From assembly GCA_052327205.1 (NCBI GenBank), contig CM126225.1:48918001-48982000 (forward strand): a stretch of 64,000 bases of DNA, written 5' to 3'. The notes beneath the pieces are model-generated. The model saw only the letters and a list, made by a program, of their open reading frames with translations. It did no database searches and had not been told where the DNA came from. How positions within the stretch are numbered: position 1 is the first letter of the stretch; each line of letters starts with the position of its first letter. This DNA is from Somniosus microcephalus (Eukaryota). This document shows, one piece after another, positions 24,121 to 38,306 of the stretch. The position numbers and the translations under genes are program-made.

Positions 24121-25572
24121 GCTACATGAAAATCTCTAATTATCCAAAGCTAAACTGTAAATTGTGTCGGTTCAGATTTCATGTACTGAAATGATTGGTG
24201 ATGATTCTTATTTTTTTAACTCTTTAATGATGTAAACATCTTTCCTTTATTGAGAAATTAGTGCAGTGTGTTTTAGGGCACATGGCTGCAGATTGTACAT
24301 ATATTTAGGACAGAGCAGTTCCCCCCTCTTCCTGCTCGCTCCCCACATGATGATGAATATAAAATAGCTCAGACGGGAATCCAGGATATGGGCGCTGTAA
24401 TGTAGTGTATGGCCAGAAAGCAGAAAAAATGGGCGGAATGTCAAATGAAGCTCTGATGGAAATCAATAACAAACCAGTGTCAGTATAACTGCTTTCTATA
24501 TTGCAGCCTGAGCCATGTGATCACAGCCTATCTGCACATTCTCCCAACTTTCTGTGCTGATAGTGCCTCTGGCCTTCCCGCAAGCCTTTCTGCACTGCGG
24601 GGTTCACTATTCCGCACTGGTGCAGACTGGCCATGACACTTTGAACAGTGCGCGTGCGGGCAAGTACAGACATGATGTTGCATTGTGAGCGAATAGCTGA
24701 ATGCATGACGATGTGCCATTGTGTCATGGCATCGCTGCACACTGCTGTCACTGGCACCAGCGCGTTTACAGGTCCCAGGAAGGTATGCCGAGAAACATAG
24801 CTTCGAGTTTAGCCATTCCCATCAACGTAAAAGCAGTTTGTGATGGGGAAAATTAAACCATGACAACATGTTTTTAAAAAAAAAAAAAAATAACAGGACT
24901 AGAGGATTAAAGACTGTCTGATACAAATGTTCAGTGCCAAGGCCACATTGGGACTATGATGTGAGATGGAGCACTTTATCTTCAGATGGTGTTGATACTC
25001 TGGCAAGGGTTTGGTGAAAAGCAGCAAGAATGGCGAGGCTTAGTGCTGTGGGGCCGGAGGATGAGCAAGTGCTGTATAAATGCTTGTTTGATCTTCCTTT
25101 ACTTGGTTTATCTCGTCTCTTATCTTGTCTTCTCATGACTGATAACCAACCTTGTTGGGTTCTTGTGCAGTTATTTGTTTAATGAGAAATTAAAATTAAT
25201 TATTTCCTTTTAATATTTTTTTCAGAAAGATGTTTATACCATTAAGAGCTAAACATATTGAGCATCACCAGTCATTTCAGTACATGAAATCAGAACAATG
25301 TTAAACTTATACAATTTATTGATTTATTTATTATTATTCTATCCCCTCCTCTAGGTTTCTTGGTATATATTTTCAATTGTTACATTTGGGTTTGTAAGTG
25401 CAGCCAAATCTAGTGTTTTAAAGGATGGATGGAACCATAGAACATGCTTCCTGGTTCTCAATGCCAAAAAAGCTACTGTCCAATCTTGAAAAGGTTAATT
25501 TGCCACGTTGCCTGGTTCGGGTAACATTTTTACATCAGCCTGGGCTGGGTGCACATTGTCTCATGATGTTGA

Positions 25573-25677
<105 letters not shown>

Positions 25678-27494
25678 TAAGTTTTTTTTCTCTTAAACGA
25701 CAGTGTGTTGTTGTATAGCAGCAGTTTCCTGAGGTTGTTGCATCTCGCTGGCTGCAGTTGGTTAATGTTGCCTTGTGTACCTATGGATTTAGTCTGAGCT
25801 CTGTTTTGGGCAAGTTATACATTTAAAGGGTTACAGCAGTGCTTTTTGTTCAGACTCGCCCACCCAGAATTCCCCCTTCTATAGAGGCAAAAGTCGTGCC
25901 TTAAATTTCTGCGAAAAACACATCAAGTAATCATTGCCATCGAGGCCCTTAACAAGACTACCTGCTGGGCTGCCCTGGTGGTATCATTTACCGGGAGTGT
26001 TCCCATTGTAAACATTGAGCGGGAATGGCTTCACTCAGGCCTGGGAACTACCCAGAGTCACCAGACCCTACAGGCTACAAGAGGGGGAGACGCTTCTCAA
26101 ATGTGTCTTATGTCGGAAATACAAATGACATCAAAGAAATTTACAGTGGAAGTACCACTTTTCCCCTATAAAAAGATTTTGAACAAAAGTACTCCCGCCA
26201 AGATAGTTCTACTCCTTTAAATATAAACAGCAAGACCCATCCAGTCCAGCTAGTTACTGGGGTTTTAGCTGCCTTGCGGATCAGACAAGTTTATCTGGTG
26301 ATTAGGTGCACACTTGGGTAAAGTGCATTTCCTCTTGGACTTGGTTAAGTCTTAGCTAGGCATTGACATCAGACAAGTCAACTTGCTGGCTCTTTAACTG
26401 GTCGATAAAGGAAGCTACCCGTGGGGAAATGGGAGTAGAATGAGCTCGTGTTCCAGCCCTTGTTCAGAAGTGTAAGGAAGTAGTACAGCAATGGGATGCA
26501 CTCAGCTTTGCCATTTAACTCTGCATTCGTTTTCAAGAGTTGCATAATGTTTAACGTACTTTGTATTGTGCAAGAAAATACTGTGACCCCCCCCCCCCCA
26601 GACAGAGCACGTGGAAGATATTGTGCTGACACCGTTGTTTAAACAGCTGTTAGGTCTTTATCGTTGAACTTATTCTGTCAATTGTTGAAGTACAGATTGC
26701 CAAATTTCTGTCTGTAGTAATCTGAGCTATCTGTGGCTAAACGTCCCTTGGTTGAAGGGATTGGCAAAAGTGCAGTTAGTTGCATTTTAAAAGCGCAGTG
26801 GTTATATCAAGGAGCGTACCCTGAACATGAGGGTTTATGAAACCATCGGGTTACATGCAGGCTGAGTGCAAAACTATTTTTTTTTTAATGAACTTGTTTC
26901 CGCTTAATACCACCCATTATCTGGGCAGCGGCGTTTGTTTGAAACAATTCCCCAGTAGCTTTTCCTGCCTCGAGAGTCACAACTTCCCAGTCCGGATTTG
27001 GTTTGTAAAGTTTCGCCCCCCCCCCCCCCCCCCCCAACCTCGAAGAGATGCCGAAGTTCACCAAGCCGCAGCGCATTGCCCTCTCCCAGCTGAAGAACAA
27101 AGTATATGGGAAGAGAGCGAAAGTTGGTTGAGGAGGACTACCTAGTAATTTAGGAGTTGTGCTGTTTTGCTCAAATTTTTGAGTCGAGCATCATCCAGAC
27201 TCTTGATGGGTTTTGTTGGGGCACAGTCTATGGCTTTGTCATAGTAATATATCCCTCACTGGCCAGAACGGAAAATGTGCAATGAATTAGATGTGCTTTC
27301 CTGTTGTTTAAGATCAGATTCCTATGTGTGACAAGACCGTGGAAAATTCCACAGTGGCTGTCCATGTCAAACAGCGCATTCTGTCATCATCTCTATAAAG
27401 TGACGGCCCAGCTGATTCCAAGTCAAAATACAGATACTTATAACAAATTCTTTGTAGTGGATGCAGGGCAGAAAGAAACGCAGATGTGTGCTGA

Positions 27495-27704
<210 letters not shown>

Positions 27705-28164
27705 TGAAGGTCTGTCCTGTTAAGTCATCAAAGGGCAGTGTGACTGAGAACAGTTAGTGCCTACGTGTACTATGTTTAGTCTAATAAATGCTTATAAACC
27801 GGGAACAAATTGACCTAATTGGGATTATTTAGCAATTTTTTTAAAACAAGATTATATAATGTCTGTAAAAGGTTCCTGACATTAGAGTTGGTTCACTCAA
27901 TGCAACAATCGTTTGTTAAATTCTTTATTGGAATCAATGTTGAAAAATTACAGAATATAATTTCTACAAAGAACATTGTTTTCTATAATTCATCTGTTTC
28001 TGTTCCCTTCACTCCCTCCCCACTCGTATCTGCATTGAAGGGGTTTCAAAAGAAGAATTGTACTTGTCAAATGCTAGAGTGTGCTATGTTTATCCACAGT
28101 TTGTACCTGTCAATGTGCCATTTCACATAGAGTATAATGGTTAGATGGAAAGTGAAGCTCTTTC

Positions 28165-29915
28165 CATAAGAATAGAAGAATTAGGAGCAAGAGTAGGCCA
28201 TAGGATCATGGCTGATCTTCAACCTCAGCTCCACTTTCCCGCCTAATCTCCATATCCCTTAATGGCCCTAGAGTCCAAAAATCTATCTATCTCGGCTTTT
28301 AATATACTCAACGATTCGGCATCCACAGCCCTCTGGGGCAGAGAATTCCAAAGATTCACAACCCTCTGAGTGAAGAAATTCCACCTCATCTCTGTCTTAA
28401 ATGGTCGATCCCTTATCCTGAGACAATGTCCCCTAGTTCTAAATTCTCCAGCCAGGAGAAACAACCTCTCAGCATCTACCCTGTCAATTCCCCTCAGAAT
28501 CTTGTATGTTTCAGTGAGATCACCTCTCATTCTTCTAAACTCCAGCGAGTATAGGCCCATTCTACACAATCTCTCCTCATAGGACAGCCCTCTCATTCCA
28601 GGGATCAGTCTAGTGAACCTTCATTGCACTGCCTCTAAGGCAAGTATATCCTTCCTCAGATAAGGAGACTAAAACTGTGCACAGTACTCTAGTGTGGTCT
28701 CACCAAAGCCCTGTACAATTGTAGCAAGACTTCCTTACTCTTGTACTCCAGTTCCCTTACAATAAAGGCCAACGTGCCATTCACCTTCCTAATTGCTTGC
28801 TGTACCTGCATGCTAGCTTTGTGTTTCCTGTACAAGGACACCTAAATCTCTCTCACCACCAACATTTAATAGTTACTCACCATTTAAAAAATATTCTGTT
28901 TTTCTATTCTTCCTACCAAAGTGAATAACCTCACATTTCCCCACCTTACTGCCCATTCACTTAATCTGTCTATATCCCTTTGCAGGCTCTTTGTGTCCTC
29001 TTCACAACTTACTTTCCCACCTAGCTTTGTATCATCAGCAAACTTCATCTAAGTTATTAATATTGATTGTAAATAGCTGAGGCCCCAACACTGATCGTTG
29101 CAGCACTAGTTACAGCCTGCCAACCTGAAATGACCCGTTTATCCCTACTCTGTTTTCTGTCCGTTAACCGATCCTCTATCCATGCTACTATATTACCCCC
29201 AACCCCATGAGCTCTTATCTTGCGTAGCAACCTTTTATGAGGCCCCTTATCGAATGCCTTTTGAAAATCCAAATAAACTACATCCACTCGTTTCCCTTTA
29301 TCTATCCTGCTAGTTACATCCTCAAAAAACTCAAATAAATTTGTTAAACATGATTTCCCTTTCATAAAACCATGTTGACTCTGCCTAATCATATTATGTT
29401 TTTCTAAGTGCCCTGATACCACTTCCTTAATAATGGATTCCAGCATTTTCCCGATGACTGATGTCAGGCTAACTGGCCTGTAGTTCCCTACTTTCTCGCT
29501 CCTCCCCCCCCCCCCCCCCCACTTCAATAGCGGTGTTACATTTGCAACCTTCCAATCTGTTGGGACTGTTCCAGAATCTAGGGAATTTTGGAAGATCACA
29601 ACCAATGCATCCACTATCTCTGCAGCCACCTCTTTTAGAATCCTAGGATGTAGGCCATGAGGTCCAGGGGATTTGTCTGCTTTTAGTCCCATTAGTTTCT
29701 CTAGTACCTTTTCTCTACTTTACTTTAAGTTCCTCACTCTCATTAGACCCTTGGTTCTCTGCTATTTTTGGTATGCTATTTGTGTCTTCTACTGTGAAGA
29801 CGGATACAAAATATTTGTTTAAAGTCTCTACCATTTCCTTATTCCCCTTTCTCCTGTCTCAGCCTCTAAGGGACCAATGCTTACGATTACTCTCTTCCTT
29901 TTTACATACCTGCAA
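28165..29915 (-). mobile_element. CR1 LINE, about 1.7-kb 3' fragment with RT
   Basis: ORFs 29057-29692 (KSPGPHGLHPRILKE...NYRPVSLTSV...QHGFMKGKSCLTNL...YLDFQKAFDK) and 28243-28596. Confidence 0.95.
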
Positions 29916-29934
29916 CAGTTCCATTCCAGTATAA

Positions 29935-30045
29935 TATTTGCAGGGCTATGGGGAAAGAGCAGGGTGGAGTTACCAATTGGATAGCTCTTTCAAAGCACAG
30001 GCATGATGGGCCGAATGGCCCCCTTCTGTGCTGTATATTTCTCAC
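29935..30045 (+). mobile_element. Short CR1 3' tail
   Basis: ttgcagggctatggggaaagagcagg...gatgggccgaatggcc. Confidence 0.7.
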
Positions 30046-30982
30046 AGAAGCCAGATTACTGAGAGCCATTTCTAATGAGCAATTGTGAGCAGTTTTATGC
30101 TGGTGATTTCTGCGCAGGAGGTACTGAGTGATTTGGGATCGATGTGCAGAAAATTGGATGGCTGTGTGTTTGAACATACCCTCCTTTATCGAGAAAAGCT
30201 AGATTCAAATGTAGCCCATAGCACTGAGAGGCAAGCATGCTAAATGAATTGGGTATACCCAAACTAACCTCATTTAGCATGCATTTATTTCATTACTCTG
30301 GGTTACCTAGATCTGATAAATAAGTTGAAACATACTGTGCCACCCAATCCCCTTCACCTACCTTCTGGTACCATAGGGAATAGAGACTAGTCATGAATTT
30401 GTAGCCAAGCAAATAGCAGTGTCTGCCTGTAAGGTAATTCTTGAATAATGAATTTCCCCGCTGTTTTAAAATTCAAGGGTTTCTGTCCTATAATATGAAT
30501 GAAAATGAGCTCTATGGAAAGCGTTCTAGAATATTCAAGTAGTACAGCTTCAAACAGGGAATATGACAAATGTACATAAATATTTCAAGTGTAAAAACCC
30601 TGTGTTATTGATGGGCAGATAATTTGAACAGCTATGAACCCATTTCTAATCTGATCATCTCTAAATTAAGCAGAAACTTTTTTAAAAGATGCCAAAGATT
30701 GTCCTTAGTTTAATTAATTTGCCATTTTTCAGGTCAGTTTAAAGTCGGTATATCTTAAACCTTTCCTTTGGTCTTGTCTAAAGTTCTTTTGAAGTCTCAA
30801 AGGAATGGGTTTGTGTGATGTGCAGATGTGAGTGATCCAACTTGGGTCCTCTGTATTATGCTGCCCGTATTGTATCCAGTTGCACTGCATATACAATAAA
30901 TAAGGATGTTCTTTCATTTAAAAACTACTTTGCAGTTGTGTGAGTTGGTGGCAGCTGTTGATGCTGCAGTCATTAGTTTTAA

Positions 30983-31168
<186 letters not shown>

Positions 31169-32009
31169 TGAGATCGCCCCACAAGCTGCTCGCTGACTCT
31201 TTTCACATCAGCTCAAGTGTTTCCAGCTAATGCGGCCTATTAGACTGAAATCCAATCTAAATTGCATGTAAATTTTAGATAAGCTTATTTAGTACATGTA
31301 TTACAATGTCACTTGCTGCATGTTGCAATGACTCTTCATGTTCGGAATCTTCCTGTACCAGCAAGAACTGTGGCATCCGGAATAAGCTTGGTAAACAAAT
31401 ATAAATGTTTCATTTGACTGCGGTTTGCTGTGAGGTACACAGTACCAATGTGAACTCTTAATTTTTTTGCAATGGTGTGCACCGGTCACGCATGTAAAAT
31501 CGTCTCAGCTCAAACTCCTGACACTAAGTCTTGTGCTTACTCGGCGCCAGGTTCTTCAGAGGAGCCAAGCTGGCGCCACCCAAGGCCCTTGGAGCGACTG
31601 GAGCTCATTCGAGATTTGAATACACTTCGATGAGGGTGGGGCTTCCCAACCCCTTGCTGTGCATGGTTTGCTCTAGAGAAATAACATCATCTGTCTGAGC
31701 CAGCTCAAAACAGGTGTATTCTGGACATCTTGGACTTTCACAGTGAGCTTTGTTAATGGTGTACCTGATTTTTTTTTTTGGATTGCCTTTGCTGTTTTTT
31801 GTCAATCATGTCCTATAATTTTACTTTTTGTTAAAATCTACCTTGTTACTGTGGTGGGGAGTTTTATACTCCATTCCGTTACTTGAAAATTGGGAATGAT
31901 TGCCTCTGTTGCCCAGGAGGATCTGAAGGACGCACAGAGACGGCTCCACCTGTATCCAAGATGGTCTGCCCAGATTCGCCATTAGCCAAGAAGATGACCC
32001 TGCCATCTT

Positions 32010-32320
32010 TAATTCATTCACCGGATATGGGCGTCGCTGGCAAGGCCGGCATTTATTGCCCATCCCTAGCTGCTCTTGAGAAGATGGTGGTGAGCTGCCT
32101 TCCTGAACCACTGCAGTTCATGTGGTGAAGGTACCACCACAGTGCTCTACAGTAGGGAGTTCCAGGATTTTGACCCAGTGGCGATGAAGGAATGGGAATA
32201 TATGCCCAAGTCTGGATGGTGTGTGACTTGGAGGGGGACTTTGAGGTGATGGTGTTCCCAGTGCACCCACTGCCCTTGTCCTTTTAGGTGGTGGAGGTCG
32301 CGGGTTTGGGATGTTACTTG
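32010..32320 (-). mobile_element. Second-family LINE 3' end
   Basis: Collinear with 13170-13430 and with the reverse complement of 41630-41815. Confidence 0.8.
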
Positions 32321-33998
32321 GGCATGTGCAAGATGATCTTCCTATATCGCCTGATCTTCCACAAGGAGGCGGTCTCAGAACTTTGCCATCTCCTGCAGTC
32401 CGACCTGCAAAGTTCCTCGAGCAATGGGAATGTCTCTTTCTGTGGCTGTTAAATCTGGCTCCTTTCAAGCTACCTCCGGTGTCATCTGCCAGTCCGCAGT
32501 GCACCACATGCATCAGGCCACTGATGCATTTGTCTTGGCGAAAGAGTTGATCACTTTTCGAACTGATAGCGGCCAGAAACAGGAGAAGGCTCTGCACTTT
32601 TTCCAGGGTATCTGGGCTCTTGGATCACGCAGGTCCTCAACGATGGAACTCGTGGCCATGTGGGCTCCTTTCACCAATGTTATAATCAAAGGAAAGGGGT
32701 TCCATTCAGTCAACATACAGGTTGTATGTATCCGCACCATATCCTGCAAGTAGATCCAAGGTATCCTGAAAGCCAATGCAATGCATTTATCCTACACCAG
32801 TTGACAGTGCTACCATTATTTAACTGAATATATAGGTCAGATGGGTGGATCCTGAGAAACTAGGGAAATCTTTGTGGCGCATGAAGCCAGTCTGAAAGCC
32901 ACGAAGCGTGGAAGAAATCAAATATAACAAGACACTTGTTTCCACAAGGGAACAAAGCATACTGTTGACTTGCAGAAGCAAAGTTTCTGCTGCATAGACA
33001 GGATTGGGAGTCTTCTGTTGCACAGCCCTGGGAAAGTGTCCAAAATGACCGTGGCGTGCTGCATGCCAAGCAATATTGCCAGCAGAAGAGTCAGTATGCA
33101 GCAACCAGAAGAGGAGAGCCATTCTGGCCTCGAGGAGGATGATCCTGTGGTTTGAGTTGTCTGCTGCATTGAAGATGTAGCCAAAAGACACATCCAACAG
33201 TATCTAATAGAAAACTATTTCAACTAAAGGTCAAGGTTGCCCCAGCATAAGCATTGGTGAATGCATGTTCCCAAGTACCTGGCCTTCTGTTATTCTCTAC
33301 TTGATCATTTCTACCACGCAGATCAAATCATTTGTTACCCTGATTGCAAGTTGGTGATTTTTTACCCCAGTGCTTTGTGACTGACTCTTTGTGATGTGTG
33401 CTTCCTGCTGCCTGCATCTAATGCTTCTACCGTAATGGGAGAGGGGAGTGAGGTGGCTGGCTGACTGACGTCGCTGAGCGGCTTCTGGGATGGGGGGTAG
33501 CTCTTCACCTCTTGCCTGGCCATACAATGGCCCAGCACCTGCTAGCACCATGTTTGTCTGCACCTGCCCTCTTTCTGGCTCAGCACGGATGATTTTCTCC
33601 CACCCATGTCATGTGCAGTCTTCTGTGGAAGGCCCCCTTTGGATCCAGAGATGACAAACCTCTTTTGCTGCTGCTCCTCCAGATCCCCCTCTGCAAAGGA
33701 AGCAGCCCACCCTCTGCCCTCAGACATGTCTCCTCCAGGTTTGGTGCAGAATTGCCGGCCCAGTTTTATGCTGGTCAGTTCCCCTCTTAAGGCTCCACAG
33801 CAGCCGCTTTCTCAGCTGCTGTGCCAGATATCCTGCCCCTGCAGGAATCTACAGTCTCTGCATGGCATCCAATCGGCAGGAATTGTATTTAAATACGCAA
33901 GTCTTGCAAGATACGGAGGTCCACGCCATGTGATTTTTATTTCCCCTCTCGACTGCAAGCACTTACCTGCTACTGCAACAGGACTGGAAAATCTCGGC
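32320..33998 (+). pseudogene. Degenerate PIF/Harbinger transposon with transposase remnant
   Basis: ORF 32424-32753 (LSVAVK..SGSFQ...ICQSAVH...KGFHSVNIQVVC) follows the HARBI1/DDE_Tnp_4 pattern (NRKGFHSINVQLVCD); right end ggaaaatctcggc resembles the Harbinger-type TIRs elsewhere in the window. Confidence 0.7.
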
Positions 33999-34517
33999 TC
34001 CAGTTCCTTTTTGACTATTGGATCAAGCAGATCATTTTGCTTCTCTGGGGTGAATGGCAGTGTGGGTGACTGAGCAACAAGTGACAGCTGCAAGTAACTT
34101 AAAAGGACTGAGTGTACAAAAAGTTTTTCCTTTCAGTTTATTCAGACTATTTTGAAACTGGAGCAAAACATGGTAATTAATCTGGCATAAAGGTTCATTT
34201 TGGCATTCTCATTAAAATCAACTGCGTGAAATCCAGCATTCTAAGGAGCGACACAGTGCAAGTTTTTGTAGAATTAAAAAGTGTTATAAAGCACAAGAGT
34301 ATACCGTGTGCGTGAAATTGGCTTGTTATTCATAGAATTCCGAGTCCATTGATCTGTGAGTGGTACGCTTGCTGTGCTTTTGGTTTACCCTCAATGATCG
34401 CTACAGGCCAGAGAGAGAAGCAGGATAGCGATGTCTGCTCGTGCCTTTATCAGGGCCATATTGCAACTGACCACAAGGAGGCAACGCCCAGCTTGCTGCT
34501 GACTTGTATCACTCTTG

Positions 34518-35357
34518 GGGGGAGAAATTCGGTATCGCCCCGTTCGGGGTGCAATTATCGGCCGGGCGCAAAGGCGCTAATTATTGCCTCCGACTGCAAA
34601 CTTGGCCTCTATCGCCCCTGGAGGTGATTTGAGTGCTAAATCAGGCGCTACACACCTAACGCCGAGGAGCGAGGCGCTACCATAGAGTGCAGGCAACACT
34701 CGGGTGATGTCAGTTAGCAATGGAACACAGACACACGGGCGCCAGCCAGTTCTTAAAAGGGAGGGTCGATCTTGCTCTCCATCCACACCCTGCTCATTGC
34801 AGCCTTGAATCTCAGCCTGGAGAGACCTGTACATCAAATCTGCTGGAAAGAACAATGGAGAGGCCCAGGGAAAGAGCTCAGAGTGCAGCCCCCATAGTCT
34901 CTTCTAAATCGATGCAAGGAAGGTCAAATCAAAATGAACCTTCAAAGTGCTGCTCAGGACCCAAAACTCCTTCACACAACGTTGAATCTCTCCAGAAGTG
35001 TGTGTCTCTCCGAATGCGTGCTGCAAAAATGTTGCCAACAAAAAAAGGCAGGAAGCAGCTGCCTTTAAATAGTGCTCCCCCAGTCCCTTCCCGACTGCAA
35101 AATGTTCCCCTCTACCTGTCGTTGCTAGCGGCAGGCGGAAAGGCAGGGGGCGCCACTCAATATCCGGTCTGGGGCGCTACCGGGACGTTGCACGCTCGAC
35201 TGACATCACGGTCTGCGGGCGCAGGAGATCATGGCGGTAGTGTTTAGCGCCACCACAAAATGTCTGGTCAATTTCGCGAGCGGCGCAAACATCACCACGC
35301 CCGGGCGCTAGTTGTTTTGCGCTAACTGGAGGCGCTAATCAACCAAATTTTTCCCCC
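34518..35357. mobile_element. PIF/Harbinger-like non-autonomous element, 840 bp
   Basis: TIR gggggagaaatt / aatttttccccc; 3-bp TSD ttg/ttg; CpG-rich subterminal gcgc repeats. Confidence 0.82.
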
Positions 35358-35794
35358 TTGTACTTTAGGGAAGATTCTGTCTTCAAGAGCTTGTGTATGA
35401 GAGGTTGTGGCTATGAAGCTAGCAACCTCCAGAACGCTGCAGCTGTAAGTTCCCTGAGTCCAAATGGCAACAAATTGTTGGGTGTCTGGCTGGCCTTGCT
35501 ATTATTCCAGCACCTATGCAAGGCCAGCAGGTGTATTTTGGATCAAGAATGCCATAAGTAGAGCAAATTGTCCCATTGCGATGACGCTACTTAGATTGGT
35601 CATGGGTGTCGGAACCATCCAACACTTAGCTGAATTGTGACCACAGAGTGGTGAACTGTAATGGTCCCTGCTCCTCCTCCGAGGAAATGATGTTTCTACA
35701 AACCTTTTATTCTCTGCTGGTTCCCACTCCCTCAGGAAAATCTGGGCAGGGGGAGCGGAGAAAGGAATCTACAGTTTCTGCATGGCATCTCAAT

Positions 35795-36218
35795 CTGGGA
35801 TGAGAGGGTTGTCCTATGAGGAGAGATCGAGTAGAATGGGCCTATACTCTCGAGTTTAGAAGAATGAGAGGTGATCTCATTGAAACATACAAGATTCTTA
35901 GAGGGCTTGATGCTGAGAGGCCATTTCCCCTGGCTGGAGAATCTTGAACTAGGGGGCATAGTCTCAGGATAAGGGGTCGGCCATTTAGGACTGGGATGAC
36001 CAATTTCTTCAGAGGGTTGTGAATCTTTGGAATCCTCTACCCCATAGGGCTGTGAATGCTCAGTCGTTGAGTATATTCAAGGCTGAGATCGATAGATTTT
36101 TGGACTCTGGGGAATTGGACAGGAAAGTGAAGATGAGTTTGAAGATCAGCCATGATCTTATTGAATGGCGGAGCAGGCTCGAGGGGCCGAATGGCCTACG
36201 CCTGCTCCTATGTTCTTA
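35795..36218 (+). mobile_element. CR1 LINE 3' fragment
   Basis: GLSYEER...EFRRMRGDLIETYKIL...NLWNPLPHRAV; standard CR1 tail. Confidence 0.92.
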
Positions 36219-36617
36219 GATGATGTAGATCGTTCCAATTGAGTGGACTGCTTACAGATAAGTGAATGTATGTGTTTGAGTGCAGTGGGCAGGGTGCATG
36301 TAGTGTGTTTTGTGCAGATGGTGTGTATATATGTATGGGTGCAGTGGGCAGGGTGCGGGTACAGGCAGCATGCAAGTTCTGTGTGTGGGCAGCATGTCGG
36401 ATTTGTGGGTGGGTGCAGTACGCAGAGTGCAGGTTGTGTGTGCTGGGATGCACTGGTAGGGTACAGGTAGTTTGTATATGTAGAGGTACAACGGGCAAGA
36501 TGTAGGTAGTTTGTAAATGCAGGGTGCAGGTAGTTGTGTGTATATATAGGGGTACAGTGGACAGGTTGTTGGTTTGTATGTAGGGGTGCAGTGGGTATTT
36601 GTACATGTAGCGTTATT

Positions 36618-38306
36618 GTGGGTGGTTTGTATATGTGGGACTCGGTGGGCAGGGTGTGGGCGGTTTGTATATGTGGGACTCGGTGGGCAGGGTGTGGGCG
36701 GTTTGTATATGTGGGACTCGGTGGGCAGGGTGTGGGCGGTTTGTATATGTGGGACTCGGGCAGGGTGTGGGTAGTTTGTATATGTGGGACTCTGGGCAGG
36801 GTGTGGGTAGTTTGTATATGTGGGACTCGGGCAGGGTGTGGGCGGTTTGTATATGTGGGACTCTGGGCAGGGTGTGGGTAGTTTGTATATGTGGGACTCG
36901 GTGGGCAGGGTGTGGGCGGTTTGTATATGTGGGACTCTGGCAGGGTGTGGGCGGTTTGTATATGTGGGACTTGGGCAGGGCGTGGGCGGTTTGTATATGT
37001 GGGACTCTGGCAGGGTGTGGGCGGTTTGTATATGTGGGACTCGGTGGGCAGGGTGTGGGCGGTTTGTATATGTGGGACTCTGGGCAGGGTGTGGGCGGTT
37101 TGTATATGTGGGACTCGGTGGGCAGGGTGTGGGCGGTTTGTATATGTGGGCAGGGTGTGGGCGGTTTGTATATGTGGGCAGGGTGTGGGCGGTTTGTATA
37201 TGTGGGACTCGGTGGGCAGGGTGTGGGCGGTTTGTATATGTGGGACTCGGTGGGCAGGGTGTGGGCGGTTTGTATATGTGGGACTCGGTGGGCAGGGTGT
37301 GGGCGGTTTGTATATGTGGGACTCTGGGCAGGGTGTGGGTAGTTTGTATATGTGGGACTCGGTGGGCAGGGTGTGGGCGGTTTGTATATGTGGGACTCTG
37401 GGCAGGGTGTGGGCGGTTTGTATATGTGGGACTCGGTGGGCAGGGTGTGGGCGGTTTGTATATGTGGGACTCGGTGGGCAGGGTGTGGGTGGTTTGTATA
37501 TGTGGGACTCGGTGGGCAGGGTGTGGGTGGTTTGTATATGTGGGACTCGGTGGGCAGGGTGTGGGCGGTTTGTATATGTGGGACTCGGTGGGCAGGGTGT
37601 GGGCGGTTTGTATATGTGGGACTCGGTGGGCAGGGTGTGGGCGGTTTGTATATGTGGGACTCGGTGGGCAGGGTGTGGGCGGTTTGTATATGTGGGACTC
37701 GGTGGGCAGGGTGTGGGCGGTTTGTATATGTGGGACTCGGGCAGGGTGTGGGCGGTTTGTATATGTGGGACTCGGTGGGCAGGGTGTGGGCGGTTTGTAT
37801 ATGTGGGACTCGGGCAGGGTGTGGGTAGTTTGTATATGTGGGACTCGGTGGGCAGGGTGTGGGTGGTTTGTATATGGGCAGGGTGTGGGCGGTTTGTATA
37901 TGTGGGCAGGGTGTGGGCGGTTTGTATATGTGGGACTCGGTGGGCAGGGTGTGGGCGGTTTGTATATGTGGGACTCGGTGGGCAGGGTGTGGGCGGTTTG
38001 TATATGTGGGACTCGGGCAGGGTGTGGGTAGTTTGTATATGTGGGACTCGGTGGGCAGGGTGTGGGCGGTTTGTATATGTGGGACTCGGTGGGCAGGGTG
38101 TGGGCGGTTTGTATATGTGGGACTCGGTGGGCAGGGTGTGGGCGGTTTGTATATGTGGGACTCGGGCAGGGTGTGGGCGGTTTGTATATGTGGGACTCGG
38201 TGGGCAGGGTGTGGGCGGTTTGTATATGTGGGACTCGGGCAGGGTGTGGGTAGTTTGTATATGTGGGACTCGGTGGGCAGGGTGTGGGCGGTTTGTATAT
38301 GTGGGA
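36618..38306 (+). repeat. G-rich minisatellite, 38-bp unit GTGGGACTCGGTGGGCAGGGTGTGGGCGGTTTGTATAT, about 45 copies with 28/34/35-bp variants
   Basis: Read directly; degenerate related units at 36280-36617. Confidence 0.97.
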
